The translations under genes were made by a program, and so were the position numbers. Below the pieces are notes generated by a model, which worked only from the letters and a program-made list of their open reading frames with translations, was not told the DNA's origin and searched no databases. A DNA stretch of 64,000 bases from Kiritimatiellia bacterium (GTDB lineage Bacteria; Verrucomicrobiota; Kiritimatiellia; RFP12; UBA1067): assembly GCA_027858965.1 (NCBI GenBank), contig JAQIBS010000146.1, positions 3,234-67,233 on the forward strand. The letters run 5' to 3'. Positions 1 to 9,970 of this stretch are shown in pieces (position 1 is the first letter of the stretch; each line of letters opens with the position of its first letter).

Positions 1-2959
1 TTTCTTTGGCGGTCAATGCATCGCCACTACGCAGCTTCTCCAGCACATTGTACATGCCGGTCATCGTTAAATCTGGATGCTGCTCTTGCTGGCGTTTGCG
101 GTGGGTGTCCAGTTGTTCCGCCAGTTCGCGGATGCGGGACTTCTGTTCTTCACTGGCGTCCGGGAAGGGGAAGGTCTCGAAACATATAGAGTTGTTGTAG
201 CGTGGCGTTGGGCCAAGAATGGATCCCTTTGCCAATGCCCAAAGCGTATGTGCGCTACTGCTGAGAATCCCAAGGTTGTGCAAGTCCTCGAGCCCTAATA
301 CCACAACTTCGCTTTCAAATACCGTTGAGACGGCCGCCATGCGGAAGATACGGTGCTTAGCTGTACGGCTGGTGACCGTAGCTTGAGTGAGCCCCGCGGT
401 GAAAGCGCGAAGTTCGCGTCGAGGTTCGCCGAATATCCACCAGTTGCGCCTATACGTAGCTCTGCGGTTCTGTGCTCTTTCCGGGAATACTTGCTCACGG
501 AGAATCTGGAAGATGTGTGGGTGGTCTACACGCAACTGTTTTTCCGTCAGTCCATACGCATCAATCACATACATTTCTTTGGCATGCTGTGCCAGACTTC
601 GGCTGCCAACGTAAGGGCGCACAAGGGGGCTCGCACCTAAATTACTAGCCTCTTTCTGGTCCAACAGGAATCCCTTCCCGTGCAGCTTAACGCCCATGCT
701 GCTAACCTTGGCGTTGGCCTGGAGTTTAGCCGCGCCGGCTACATTAGCGCCGATCGTGACGTCAGTTTGGATTTTGCCGCGCGTGTCGGCGAGTTCCACT
801 TCGTACCCGTCCCCGTCGCCAATGCGTTCGTTAGTTACACTCTGCAGGAGGCCGTACTGCACACCCGCTATGCCTGTTGTCATGGCGATTCGTACGGCGG
901 CACCATCGGCAGAATCCACCCAGGGATGGTCGGGGACGGCGAAAAGCAGGGAGAGGGGGTTCTTGGCGGTCATGTGCGTTTCAAGCACGCGGCGGTTGAA
1001 TGTCTGACGAAGACTGTTGGTCGTAATAAAACCGAAGCGCTGGACCTTGCCGACACGGGCCAGCTCGGCGGCGTGGTTCCACCAGTACATAACGAAGTCA
1101 CTAGACTCGCCGACATCGTTGTGGATTTTTCGCACGGTTTCGGTATAGCCATCTCCTAATGCATCGCGCATGCGCGCTGGGCCAATAAATGGCGGATTGC
1201 CGACCACATAGTCGGCCTCGGGCCATTCGGCTTTGCGGGGGTTGATGTACTTGTAGACTGGGATGCGGGCGGTTTCGTCGGGGACCTCTTTGCCTGTTAC
1301 TGGATGCGGCTTGGTGGTGCGGCCGTCCCAGTGGGTGACCAGGTTACCTTCGTCATCGAGTACTTTTTCAACACTGTCACACTCGATCAGTGCGTCGCGG
1401 CATTCGATGTTATGAAAATTACGGATGATGGGTTGCGCCGGTTGGACGTTACCGCGGTTGCGGAAATGCCATTGCAAAGCGCCTATCCTGAGGACGAGTT
1501 CGGCAATGCCAGCAGCGCGTGGGTTGACCTCAATTCCCAGAAGCTGATGTGGGTCCACGGTCTCTCCCGCCATTTCCAGTACGGACTGGTGGTGGCCGAA
1601 TGAATCCAGGGCGTCGAAGATCTCGCCCTCGATACGCTTTAGGTGCTCGAGTGTGACGTAGAGAAAATTGCCACTGCCGCAGGCGGGGTCCAATACGCGG
1701 ATGTTGACCAGCTTGCGATGGAACTTTTTGACCTCGGCAATAGCCTTCTTCATCTCGTCCTGATTTGCCAGGGAGACGGCGGCCACGTGGACGGCCTCCC
1801 ACTCTTCCCGCACGGGGTTGATTACAGTGGGCATAACCAGACGCTCGACATAGGCACGCGGCGTGTAGTGAGCGCCAAGCTTGTGACGTTCGACCGGATT
1901 CAGAGCGCGTTCAAGCAAAGTGCCAAAGATCGCGGGTTCAACATCGCGCCAATCAGACTTTGCCGCCTCAATCAGAAGCAGCACCTGATCTTTGGTCAGC
2001 TCCAACGCGGTTGAGTCTTCAAACAGGCCGCCGTTGAATTGGAGAATATTTGTGCGCAGACTGGCGGAAAAACCGCCCGTGTTCATCTTGCCCCACAGCT
2101 CTGCGACCATTGGGGCAAAGTGCTCAGGCGTATCGCGCATGCTTTCGAGCAGGTGCGTGAAGCCGCCGCGCATGAGCAGCCCGACATCCTCTGCAAACAT
2201 AGTGAAAAGGCAACGCATGAGAAAAGCGGATGCGATCTCCGCAGAGTGCCCGGCCTTTTCAAGTGAGACAGCAAGTTTGGCCAGCTGCGAGGCTATCTCG
2301 CGGGTTACACGCGCACTGCGGCGGGTGGGATCCAGCTCAGAAGGATTGGTCCAGACCTGCTTCAGTCGTTCCCGGATCTCCGGACGTTGCAGATCGGGAA
2401 GGAAGATGCGGTGACTACCGGCAGCGGGGAATGGAATATAGGTGCCGCCTGTGCAGGAGAACTCCGAAAAGAGCTCGATTGAGTGGCCCACGTCCAGCAC
2501 GATCAGAAATGGTGGACGGCCCTCCTCCGTAGAAAGAGCGCGAATGTACCGATCAGCCTGGCCACGGGCCCGCAGCATAGAATCGTCCCAGGCGCCGCTT
2601 CCTCGTCGGCCATGCCCTTTACGAAGCTGTCGCTTCAGCTCCTGTGCCGCCAAGGACATGGGTTCCTCTGTTGGTGCGTCCGCTCCCTGCTTGGCCTCCA
2701 GCACAAAGCACCCGCGTTTATACAGGTCGATAAAGCCGGGGCTCGTTTTACCGTCACCATCCTGAAACGTGATTACGCGCTCGAAGACATAGGCATTTTC
2801 GCTGTTGTCGGGAGTTGCCGGATCCGGGTGTGAAACCCCGATAAGGTCACATAACTCGGAGATGAAGAGCTGGTGGTTTGCGCGCTCGGCTGCTCCGGAA
2901 CGCGCCCAACGGTCGATGAAGGCACTCACTGCGGGAGAATCTGATGTTGTCTCTGTCAT
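1..2959 (-). CDS. MmeI-family type IIL restriction-modification enzyme (fused nuclease + N6-adenine methyltransferase + specificity region); partial, C-terminus lies off the window
   Basis: The minus-strand frame is open from ATG 2959 to position 1. It is absent from the ORF track because no stop lies in the window. My translation gives a PD-ExK-like 'FIDLYKRGCFVLEAKQ', then 'LGAHYTPRAYV', SAM motif I 'VLDPACGSGNFL', motif IV 'VVGNPPFIG' and 'FITTNSLRQ'. This is the same order as in MmeI. The segment is GC-rich relative to its neighbours. Confidence 0.8.
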   Translation of the reverse strand, partial: MTETTSDSPAVSAFIDRWARSGAAERANHQLFISELCDLIGVSHPDPATPDNSENAYVFERVITFQDGDGKTSPGFIDLYKRGCFVLEAKQGADAPTEEPMSLAAQELKRQLRKGHGRRGSGAWDDSMLRARGQADRYIRALSTEEGRPPFLIVLDVGHSIELFSEFSCTGGTYIPFPAAGSHRIFLPDLQRPEIRERLKQVWTNPSELDPTRRSARVTREIASQLAKLAVSLEKAGHSAEIASAFLMRCLFTMFAEDVGLLMRGGFTHLLESMRDTPEHFAPMVAELWGKMNTGGFSASLRTNILQFNGGLFEDSTALELTKDQVLLLIEAAKSDWRDVEPAIFGTLLERALNPVERHKLGAHYTPRAYVERLVMPTVINPVREEWEAVHVAAVSLANQDEMKKAIAEVKKFHRKLVNIRVLDPACGSGNFLYVTLEHLKRIEGEIFDALDSFGHHQSVLEMAGETVDPHQLLGIEVNPRAAGIAELVLRIGALQWHFRNRGNVQPAQPIIRNFHNIECRDALIECDSVEKVLDDEGNLVTHWDGRTTKPHPVTGKEVPDETARIPVYKYINPRKAEWPEADYVVGNPPFIGPARMRDALGDGYTETVRKIHNDVGESSDFVMYWWNHAAELARVGKVQRFGFITTNSLRQTFNRRVLETHMTAKNPLSLLFAVPDHPWVDSADGAAVRIAMTTGIAGVQYGLLQSVTNERIGDGDGYEVELADTRGKIQTDVTIGANVAGAAKLQANAKVSSMGVKLHGKGFLLDQKEASNLGASPLVRPYVGSRSLAQHAKEMYVIDAYGLTEKQLRVDHPHIFQILREQVFPERAQNRRATYRRNWWIFGEPRRELRAFTAGLTQATVTSRTAKHRIFRMAAVSTVFESEVVVLGLEDLHNLGILSSSAHTLWALAKGSILGPTPRYNNSICFETFPFPDASEEQKSRIRELAEQLDTHRKRQQEQHPDLTMTGMYNVLEKLRSGDALTAKE

Positions 2960-3181
2960 TTCGCTTAACTTATGATTATCATGCGGTATTGCCTGACATC
3001 CTAATGTTGAGGCGCAAACAGGCAAATCTACTCAATTTCAACATCAGTAATAATAAATTCATAATAACTAGTGTGTTTTGCAATGTCAAGATAGGCCGAA
3101 AGAATTGTGTAATTTTCATGAATGAATATGTCAACACAGGGACACCCGGCAAGGAAAAGCCGGGACTACACCCTGACAAGT

Positions 3182-3477
3182 AGGCTGTTAGCATTTCAGG
3201 CTGTTAGACCCTGCGACACGCTAGAGCCTGTTCGATAAGCCCCGAAGGGGCGATATATACCAGCCCAGGACAACGCCCTGGGTCACAAACAGAAGTAAAT
3301 ACAGCCCTGAAAGGGCGTGACATACGGACCAATCCATGAGGACCTTTCTATGTCTCGCCCTTTCAGGGCTCATGGTTCTGTTATCAAGCCACCCAGGGCG
3401 TTGCCCTGGGCTAGTATATGAAGCCCTTTCAGGGCATAGTTCTTTTCGAACAGCCTAACAGCCTAAACACCTAACAG
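3182..3477. repeat. ~300-bp imperfect nested palindrome (MITE-like or cruciform element) with termini GGCTGTTAG...CTAACAGCC
   Basis: The left arm (3253-3325) and right arm (3349-3420) are reverse complements. Each carries the sub-hairpins CCCAGG-N-CCCTGGG and GCCCTGAAAGGGC / GCCCTTTCAGGGC. The outer arms are ggctgttag (3183) / ctaacagcc (3454) and ctgttcga (3228) / tcgaacag (3446). Confidence 0.7.
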
Positions 3478-3629
3478 ACTAACTCCTGCAGCCTGTGGGA
3501 TACTAATGCCATTATTTCCATATTTTGACCTGAAAAATGTATTAATGGTTAAAACAGACCATGTTACAATACGAATGAAACAAATTCAGGCTCGAAAAAT
3601 CGGTCCTGATTTGATATTTTTATAAATTA

Positions 3630-4559
3630 ATGCGTTATAAAGCGAAACATATTATTGAATACGCGGGATTGCGTGCAATTACGGCATTTTTTAATCTACT
3701 GCCATATGGCTGTGCAATTAATGTCAGTCGCGGCTTTGCCTGGCTCATGTTCAATGTAGGTCGATTCCGTCGAGAGGAGACTTTCAAGCGTATTCGCGAA
3801 GTAATGGGCAGTGAGACCCCTGAGTCAAGGATCAAGGAAATCGCATGGCTGTCACTGCGGAACATGGTCTTCAACATGATTGAGATGATGCGTGCCTCGA
3901 AAATTGACAAAGCGTGGATTGATAAGCATATCCCCGGTTTTGCAGAGCAGGTCAAAGAGGTACCCCCCCTGATTGAAAAATATGGAGGCGCTGTGATTGC
4001 TGTCCCCCATACAGGCAACTGGGATCTGGCCGGATGGGCCTGTTATGAATATGGAATTAAGATGTTCAGCATTGCAGCCAAACAGAAGAATCCGCTGGTC
4101 AATGCATGGATCAACCGTCAGCGCGAATCCGGAATGACCATCCTTGAGCGTGGCGGAGGGACGTTAAAGCAGATTATCCGGCTACTGCGTAAGGGATCTG
4201 TGCTGGCGATTCTCCCTGATGTAAGAGTATACACCCCCGATCTTGAAGTTGATTTTCTAGGCAGCAAAGCAAACCTTGGTCGCGGCATGGCCCAGTTTGC
4301 AATAACCGCCAAGGTACCGATTATTCCAGCAATTTTTAAACGCTGTGGAAGCACCATCCACAAAGGCACACGCTTTGACCCTATACTCCCTGACCCGGAG
4401 CTCTCCAAAGAGGATAACATCAGAGAAATGACCGAAAAGGTGATTGCTCTGGTTGATAAATTCATCCGGGATGAGCCGGAGCAGTGGTTCTGGTATAACA
4501 AACGCTGGATTTTAACTCCGGTTCATAAAAAGAAGCAGCAAAACTTAATTAAGAAGTGA
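3630..4559 (+). CDS. LpxL/HtrB-family lysophospholipid (lipid A late) acyltransferase
   Basis: 309 aa. The HX4D acyltransferase motif is present as '[10 protein letters not shown]'. The C-terminal '[11 protein letters not shown]' is typical of lauroyl/myristoyl acyltransferases. Confidence 0.75.
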   Translation: MRYKAKHIIEYAGLRAITAFFNLLPYGCAINVSRGFAWLMFNVGRFRREETFKRIREVMGSETPESRIKEIAWLSLRNMVFNMIEMMRASKIDKAWIDKHIPGFAEQVKEVPPLIEKYGGAVIAVPHTGNWDLAGWACYEYGIKMFSIAAKQKNPLVNAWINRQRESGMTILERGGGTLKQIIRLLRKGSVLAILPDVRVYTPDLEVDFLGSKANLGRGMAQFAITAKVPIIPAIFKRCGSTIHKGTRFDPILPDPELSKEDNIREMTEKVIALVDKFIRDEPEQWFWYNKRWILTPVHKKKQQNLIKK

Positions 4560-4575
4560 AAGGATATACACACCA

Positions 4576-5802
4576 ATGATCACAGTTAATGAAAACTACA
4601 GCAAACTTCAGGCATCTTACCTCTTCTCTGAAATCTCTAAACGTATCGCAAAGTTTCAGGAGGAAAACCCTGACAAGCCGCTGATTAAACTCGGCATAGG
4701 CGATGTGACCGAGCCCCTTCCCCCCATCTGCATTGAAGCCATGCATAAAGCTGTTGATGAGCAGGCCAACCGGAAAACATTCCGAGGTTACGGTCCTGAA
4801 CAGGGTTACAGTTTTCTACGCGAGGCAATTGCCACCAATGACTTTCAGGCCCGCGGAGCAGATATTGCCGCTGATGAAATTTTTGTAAGTGACGGTGCCA
4901 AGTGCGACAGTGGAAATATCCAGGAGTTATTCAGTGATAAAATCAGCATTGCGGTCTCTGATCCGGTCTACCCGGTTTATGTAGACACCAATGTGATGGC
5001 CGGCCGCACAGGCAAATGCGTTCGAGGCCGCTACAAGAAGCTGGTTTATCTGGATTGCACCGAAGAAAACAATTTCTGTCCGGCACTTCCGAGTGAACCG
5101 GTCGACCTGATCTACCTCTGCTTCCCCAACAATCCTACCGGTGCCACCGCCACACGTGAAGAGCTGAAGGTCTGGGTTGACTATGCGCGCGAGAACAAAT
5201 CTATTATTCTCTTTGATGCCGCCTATGAAGCATTCATCCGCGATCCTGAACTGCCGCACAGCATCTATGAAATTGAAGGTGCCCGAGATGTTGCAATCGA
5301 ATTCCGCAGTTTTTCTAAAGTTGCCGGATTTACCGGAACCCGTTGTGCTTATACCGTGGTTCCGAAGACACTTATGGGATATACAAAAAAAGGCGAAGAG
5401 GTTTCACTGCATGCCATGTGGAACCGTCGCCACTGCACAAAATTCAACGGTGTATCATATCCTATCCAGCGTGCAGCGGAATCGGTTTACTCCGAAGCCG
5501 GCAAGCAGCAGGTCAAAGCTCTGATCGATTTTTATCTGGAAAACGCCCGTATCATCCGCGAGACGATTGGAAGCCTGGGTTACAGCATGACCGGTGGAGA
5601 AAACAGCCCTTACATCTGGATCAATACAGGCCGGGATTCATGGAAGTTCTTTGACCGTCTACTAAAACGCGCTCAGGTGGTGACAACCCCGGGTGTCGGC
5701 TTTGGTAACTGCGGGCAGGGCTATATCCGTATCAGCGCTTTTAACAGCCGTGAAAATGTTGAAGAAGCCATGAGACGCATTAAGCGTGTTCTGCGCCGCT
5801 AG
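4576..5802 (+). CDS. dapL: LL-diaminopimelate aminotransferase
   Basis: 408 aa. The N-terminus '[46 protein letters not shown]' and '[15 protein letters not shown]' (PLP lysine region) are characteristic of DapL. Confidence 0.9.
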   Translation: MITVNENYSKLQASYLFSEISKRIAKFQEENPDKPLIKLGIGDVTEPLPPICIEAMHKAVDEQANRKTFRGYGPEQGYSFLREAIATNDFQARGADIAADEIFVSDGAKCDSGNIQELFSDKISIAVSDPVYPVYVDTNVMAGRTGKCVRGRYKKLVYLDCTEENNFCPALPSEPVDLIYLCFPNNPTGATATREELKVWVDYARENKSIILFDAAYEAFIRDPELPHSIYEIEGARDVAIEFRSFSKVAGFTGTRCAYTVVPKTLMGYTKKGEEVSLHAMWNRRHCTKFNGVSYPIQRAAESVYSEAGKQQVKALIDFYLENARIIRETIGSLGYSMTGGENSPYIWINTGRDSWKFFDRLLKRAQVVTTPGVGFGNCGQGYIRISAFNSRENVEEAMRRIKRVLRR

Positions 5803-5835
5803 GTCCGCGCAGGCGCGAAGGTCGGCTACGCCTCC

Positions 5836-5856
5836 AATGGAGAATGGAGAATGGAG
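5836..5856. repeat. Tandem heptamer AATGGAG x3, followed by AACGTT-containing and CCAAC word repeats, upstream of the SBP gene start
   Basis: The sequence reads aatggag aatggag aatggag aattgaa directly, then gaaaacgttactcgaacgttcaacatccaacttccaacattcaa. Confidence 0.8.
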
Positions 5857-5911
5857 AATTGAAAACGTTACTCGAACGTTCAACATCCAACTTCCAACAT
5901 TCAATAGCAGA

Positions 5912-7693
5912 ATGAATTTAATGAAAAGACTATATATATTGTTACTGCTCTCGGCAGGTGTCATGAATGCGGCTCATTCAGAGTCGTATTTCCCCCTGCC
6001 TGAGTGGAAAGACAGAGTTGACCCTATTGCAAGTCTCTATGCTGAAAAAGGCGGCACTCTGCGCTTTGCAGCCTCCCAGCCTCCTAAAAGTTTCAACTAC
6101 TATATTGACAGCAATACATATATCCAACTGCTGTTCAGTATGATGTATGAGACGCTATTAACAACCGATGCCCTGACAACAGAGTTCACCCCTGGACTAG
6201 CCAGCCGCTGGAGTATCTCCAACGACAAGCTCACATATACATTTTCAATTGATCCAGATGCACTCTGGAGTGATGGAGAACCTGTAAGCGCAACGGATGT
6301 CAAATGGACCTTTGATCAGGTCATGGACCCAAAGAATCCGACAGGCGCCTCAAAGGTGGCACTGGGTATCTTTGATTCACCGGAGGTCATTAATTCCAAA
6401 ACGATCCGGTTTAAAGCTAAAAGCGGACACTGGCGCAACCTCCTGGCACTGGGCAGTTTTGAAATTATGCCCGCGCATGTATTTAAAGGCCAGGATTTTG
6501 CAAAGCTCAACTTTGATAATCCAGTTGTCTCCGGCCCCTACACTATGGATCTTGTGAAAGAACAGATATCCACACGTATGCGTCGCCGAAAAGATTGGTG
6601 GGCCGCTAAGCGAAAATCAAACCGCAACACCATGAATTTTGATTATATCGTCTTCAAATACTTTTCCAACCGGGAAAACTCCTTTGAGGCATTCAAAAAA
6701 GGTGAAGTCGATGTTCATGCGGTGTATACGGCGCGTCTATGGTCCAATGAAACCATTGGTGAAAAATTCAATAAAAACTGGATCATCAAGCAGCGCATCC
6801 ACAACTACAACCCCATTGGCTTCCAGGGCTTTGCCCTCAATATCCGAAAATTTCCTTTTGATGATCTGCGAGTGCGCAAGGCTTTTGCCCATCTGGTTGA
6901 CCGGGCAACCATGAACCGGACCATGATGTTCGATGCCTATTTTTTGCATCGTTCCTACTGTGAAGATCTGTACAATACAGAGCTCCCATGCCAAAACCCA
7001 TTCTTTGAATATAATATTGAGAAAGCCAAACAACTTCTCAAAGAGGCCGGATTTAAGATGAATCCGCAAACAGGTATTCTTGAAAAGGATGGCAAGGAAC
7101 TGGCATTCGACTTTCTAACCCGCGACAGCAGCTCTGATAAATTTTTAATTCTGGTGAATACCGCATTTAAAGAGGTCGGCATTAAAATGAAGATTGTCCG
7201 CAAAGACTTTGCCGCATGGATGCGCGATGTGGATGTATTCAACTTCAATGCAACCTGGGCCTCATGGTCGGCCGGCATTTATCGTGACCCTGAGCAAACC
7301 TGGCACTCTAAAGAAGCTGACCGCAATTCCAGCAATAATATAACCGGATTCAAAGACGAGCGGGTTGATGCCCTGATTGAAAAACAGAAGACCATTTTCA
7401 GCATGGCCGATCGCAATCAGATCAACCGGGATATTGATGCTATCCTCTCAGAAGCCGTTCCCTATATCCTGCTCTGGAATATCAACTCAGTACGGTTGCT
7501 CTACTGGAATAAATTCGGGATGCCCGCCACTATTCTTTCAAAATACTCCGACGAACGCTCATTAATCAGCTACTGGTGGTATGACCAGGATAGCGCTGCT
7601 GAGTTACGTGCGGCCGTTAAGAGCGGAGCGGCCCTGCCACACAAACCCGAAGAAATTGAATTTGACTCGTCTTTTAAATCCACAACCAAATAA
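5912..7693 (+). CDS. ABC transporter substrate-binding protein, family 5 (peptide/oligosaccharide, YejA-like); no permease or ATPase genes adjacent
   Basis: The start was chosen at ATG 5912, which gives 'MNLMKRLYILLLLSAGVMNAAHSE' (signal peptide). The track ORF from 5786 overlaps the dapL end and crosses the repeat. The length (~590 aa) and the 'GGTLRFAASQPPKSFN' block fit SBP family 5. Confidence 0.7.
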   Translation: MNLMKRLYILLLLSAGVMNAAHSESYFPLPEWKDRVDPIASLYAEKGGTLRFAASQPPKSFNYYIDSNTYIQLLFSMMYETLLTTDALTTEFTPGLASRWSISNDKLTYTFSIDPDALWSDGEPVSATDVKWTFDQVMDPKNPTGASKVALGIFDSPEVINSKTIRFKAKSGHWRNLLALGSFEIMPAHVFKGQDFAKLNFDNPVVSGPYTMDLVKEQISTRMRRRKDWWAAKRKSNRNTMNFDYIVFKYFSNRENSFEAFKKGEVDVHAVYTARLWSNETIGEKFNKNWIIKQRIHNYNPIGFQGFALNIRKFPFDDLRVRKAFAHLVDRATMNRTMMFDAYFLHRSYCEDLYNTELPCQNPFFEYNIEKAKQLLKEAGFKMNPQTGILEKDGKELAFDFLTRDSSSDKFLILVNTAFKEVGIKMKIVRKDFAAWMRDVDVFNFNATWASWSAGIYRDPEQTWHSKEADRNSSNNITGFKDERVDALIEKQKTIFSMADRNQINRDIDAILSEAVPYILLWNINSVRLLYWNKFGMPATILSKYSDERSLISYWWYDQDSAAELRAAVKSGAALPHKPEEIEFDSSFKSTTK

Positions 7694-7709
7694 ATGAGAG
7701 GGAGACACC

Positions 7710-8510
7710 ATGTTTCCATTAAAACTGGACCGACCATTAATCGTTTTTGACATTGAGGCCACAGGAATCAGTGCACGTGCCGACCGCATTATTGAACTGG
7801 CTGCCATCAGGCTTGAACCGGACGGTTCACAACACAAAGGATACTGGCTGTTGAATCCAGGGATGCCAATCCCGGTTGAAAGCATTGCAATTCACGGTAT
7901 TACCGATGAAATTGTCAGTTCCTGTCCCACATTCAAAGAGCGTTCACTTGAGATCCTGACCTATTTCGGGGAAGCCGACCTCTCCGGTTTTAATGCCGGC
8001 AGATTTGATATTCCGATGCTCTCAGAAGAGTTCAAGCGCGCCGATATTATTTTTGATCCCGACCGTCGCCGCCTGCTGGATGCCCAGCGCATCTTCCATT
8101 CAAGAGAGCCGCGCAACCTCTCCGCAGCGCTGGAATTTTACTGTGATAAAGAGCATGCGGATGCCCATGGTGCAGAAGCCGATGTACAGGCCACGCTGGA
8201 TGTACTGATCGGTCAGTTCGAAAAATACAAGGATCTGCCCCATGACATGGCCACTCTGGACAAACTGCTGAACCCGCTTGACCCGTTCAATACTGACCGC
8301 TCCGGCCGTTTACGCTGGGTTAAGGGTGAGGTAACCATCAACTTCGGCAAGAAAAAAGGTGCAATACTAAAAGATCTGGTTAAAACTGATTCAGGCTTTA
8401 TCAAATGGATCATTAAAAACGATTTTCCTCAGGACACCCGCGCGATTTGTGAAAATGCACTCAAGGGAATCTTTCCTGAGCCCCCTCAAGTAAAAAAAGC
8501 AGAGAAATAA
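7710..8510 (+). CDS. DEDDh 3'-5' exonuclease (DnaQ/epsilon-like domain) with a C-terminal extension
   Basis: The motifs are 'VFDIEATGI' (ExoI), 'HGITDE' and 'HGAEADV' (ExoIII, DEDDh His). Confidence 0.75.
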   Translation: MFPLKLDRPLIVFDIEATGISARADRIIELAAIRLEPDGSQHKGYWLLNPGMPIPVESIAIHGITDEIVSSCPTFKERSLEILTYFGEADLSGFNAGRFDIPMLSEEFKRADIIFDPDRRRLLDAQRIFHSREPRNLSAALEFYCDKEHADAHGAEADVQATLDVLIGQFEKYKDLPHDMATLDKLLNPLDPFNTDRSGRLRWVKGEVTINFGKKKGAILKDLVKTDSGFIKWIIKNDFPQDTRAICENALKGIFPEPPQVKKAEK

Positions 8511-8845
8511 TGCGGATGATTTGTTAAACTATTAATTCATTAAGGGGAGCGTGCGCCTGTAAGGGCCTAGATCCGATCTGAGACTGCGCTCAGATCAAGT
8601 GGCTCCGCTGCGCAGAGCAGGCACACCCTGGAAGTCGGCCGCTATGCGACCGACTAGGCAGCCGCATAGCGACTGCCTTCCTCCACCGACAACATGTTTT
8701 AAGGACAAACATGATTGTTTTGCCCTTCGCGGAAGGGCCTATTTATGTGATAAGCTCACCAAACAGTAACACCATAACTAATGATAAAAGTAAGTTAGCC
8801 ACGAGGCAGGACTTTATTTTTAACGTAAAGCAAAGGAGAGAGACA

Positions 8846-9484
8846 ATGAAACGTATTGTAGAATGCCCATCATGCCATACAAAGATGCAAATTTTTGATA
8901 TAGGAAAAGAGATTAATCAGAAATGCCCTCGTTGCAACAACTTCTTTGATATATATCCTGAAGATAAAGAGAGCCCGGAAAAGAAAGAATCCGAGACAAA
9001 ACCTGATGAGGTGAAAACCACAACGGCAGAGACTAAAGAAGAGCCCAAGGCTGAAGAGAAAACTGTCGGAAAAACTGAAGAGAAAACAGCTGAAAAAAAG
9101 ATTGTGGTTAAACCCTCCAGCAAGAAATCTGTCAAACAGAGTGCAGCAGCCGCTACTAAGAAAAAAAGCATAGCAGCAAAAAAGACAACAGATGCTAAAA
9201 AGGCAACGGACGAAAAGAAACCAACTGCAGCGACAAAACCATCCGGCATTGTCAAAAAGCCTCTGACCGCAACCAAACCAGCTGCCCCTGCCACACCAGC
9301 TCCTGCGGCAGCCCATGCGCCTCATCCAGAGCTGCCGCCAGCAGGATTCTCTAGTTTTCAATTCACTGTACTCGCTGCGTTACTTGTTATTTCTATCATC
9401 ATACAGATTTTCTTTGCCAATAAACAAATGAAACAGATATCGATTGTGAATGACAACTTGAAAATTATTCATAGCAAACTGTAA
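8846..9484 (+). CDS. Zinc-ribbon protein with a Lys/Glu/Thr/Ala-rich low-complexity linker and a C-terminal TM anchor
   Basis: It contains 'CPSCHTKMQ...CPRCNN' (2x CxxC) and the TM segment 'FQFTVLAALLVISIIIQIFFA'. An AAGGAGAG RBS lies 6 nt before ATG 8846. An alternative start at 8711 cannot be excluded. Confidence 0.55.
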   Translation: MKRIVECPSCHTKMQIFDIGKEINQKCPRCNNFFDIYPEDKESPEKKESETKPDEVKTTTAETKEEPKAEEKTVGKTEEKTAEKKIVVKPSSKKSVKQSAAAATKKKSIAAKKTTDAKKATDEKKPTAATKPSGIVKKPLTATKPAAPATPAPAAAHAPHPELPPAGFSSFQFTVLAALLVISIIIQIFFANKQMKQISIVNDNLKIIHSKL

Positions 9485-9506
9485 TAAATTCACGGGGAAT
9501 ATAGTA

Positions 9507-9758
9507 ATGGATGCAAAAGAAATTGAAACAACACTCAAAAACATGATTGTTGAACGGCTTTTTCTGTCGGTAACACCGGAAGAAATTGAAACCGATGCCT
9601 CGTTAATTGATGAGTATGGAGTTGACTCCGTCTCTCTACTGGAGTTGGTCGTTGGACTGGAAGAGGCTTTTGGTATCATAATCGAAGATAGCGACTTTGA
9701 CATACGTAACTTCTCTTCAGTTGCCAACTTACGCAATTTTGTACAGGCCAGAATCTAA
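9507..9758 (+). CDS. Acyl carrier protein (phosphopantetheine-binding)
   Basis: 83 aa and acidic. The Ser attachment motif is present as 'YGVDSVSLLELV'. Confidence 0.75.
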   Translation: MDAKEIETTLKNMIVERLFLSVTPEEIETDASLIDEYGVDSVSLLELVVGLEEAFGIIIEDSDFDIRNFSSVANLRNFVQARI

Positions 9759-9820
9759 TGCGGGCTTTGCCTGCAACCAAACTAATCGGATACAAATTAT
9801 TTTTTATATCAATAGTGCTT

Positions 9821-9899
9821 CTCACAGAGGCACGGAGCCCACAGAGAGTAAAAAGATTAAATAAGAATTATTACTCTGTGATCTCTGTGCCTCTGTGAG
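9821..9899. repeat. Long imperfect hairpin upstream of ilvD
   Basis: ctcacagaggcac (9821-9833) pairs with gtgcctctgtgag (9887-9899). The inner pair is cacagagagta (9840) with tactctgtg (9872). Confidence 0.6.
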
Positions 9900-9970
9900 A
9901 GATAAATAATGTACATACATAACAAGAAGTTGATTTTATAACAACTAACGTATAAGGACGAAAACCAATT

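Noticed and set aside
5786-5911. An upstream extension of the SBP ORF that overlaps the dapL stop.
   Set aside because: The extension is translated from the heptamer and word repeats ('PPMENGEWRIENV..') and overlaps dapL. ATG 5912 gives a normal signal peptide.
9909-9941. A 10-codon uORF (MYIHNKKLIL) as a possible ilv attenuation leader peptide.
   Set aside because: There is no run of consecutive Ile/Val/Leu codons, no RBS, and no obvious alternative terminator/antiterminator pair after it.
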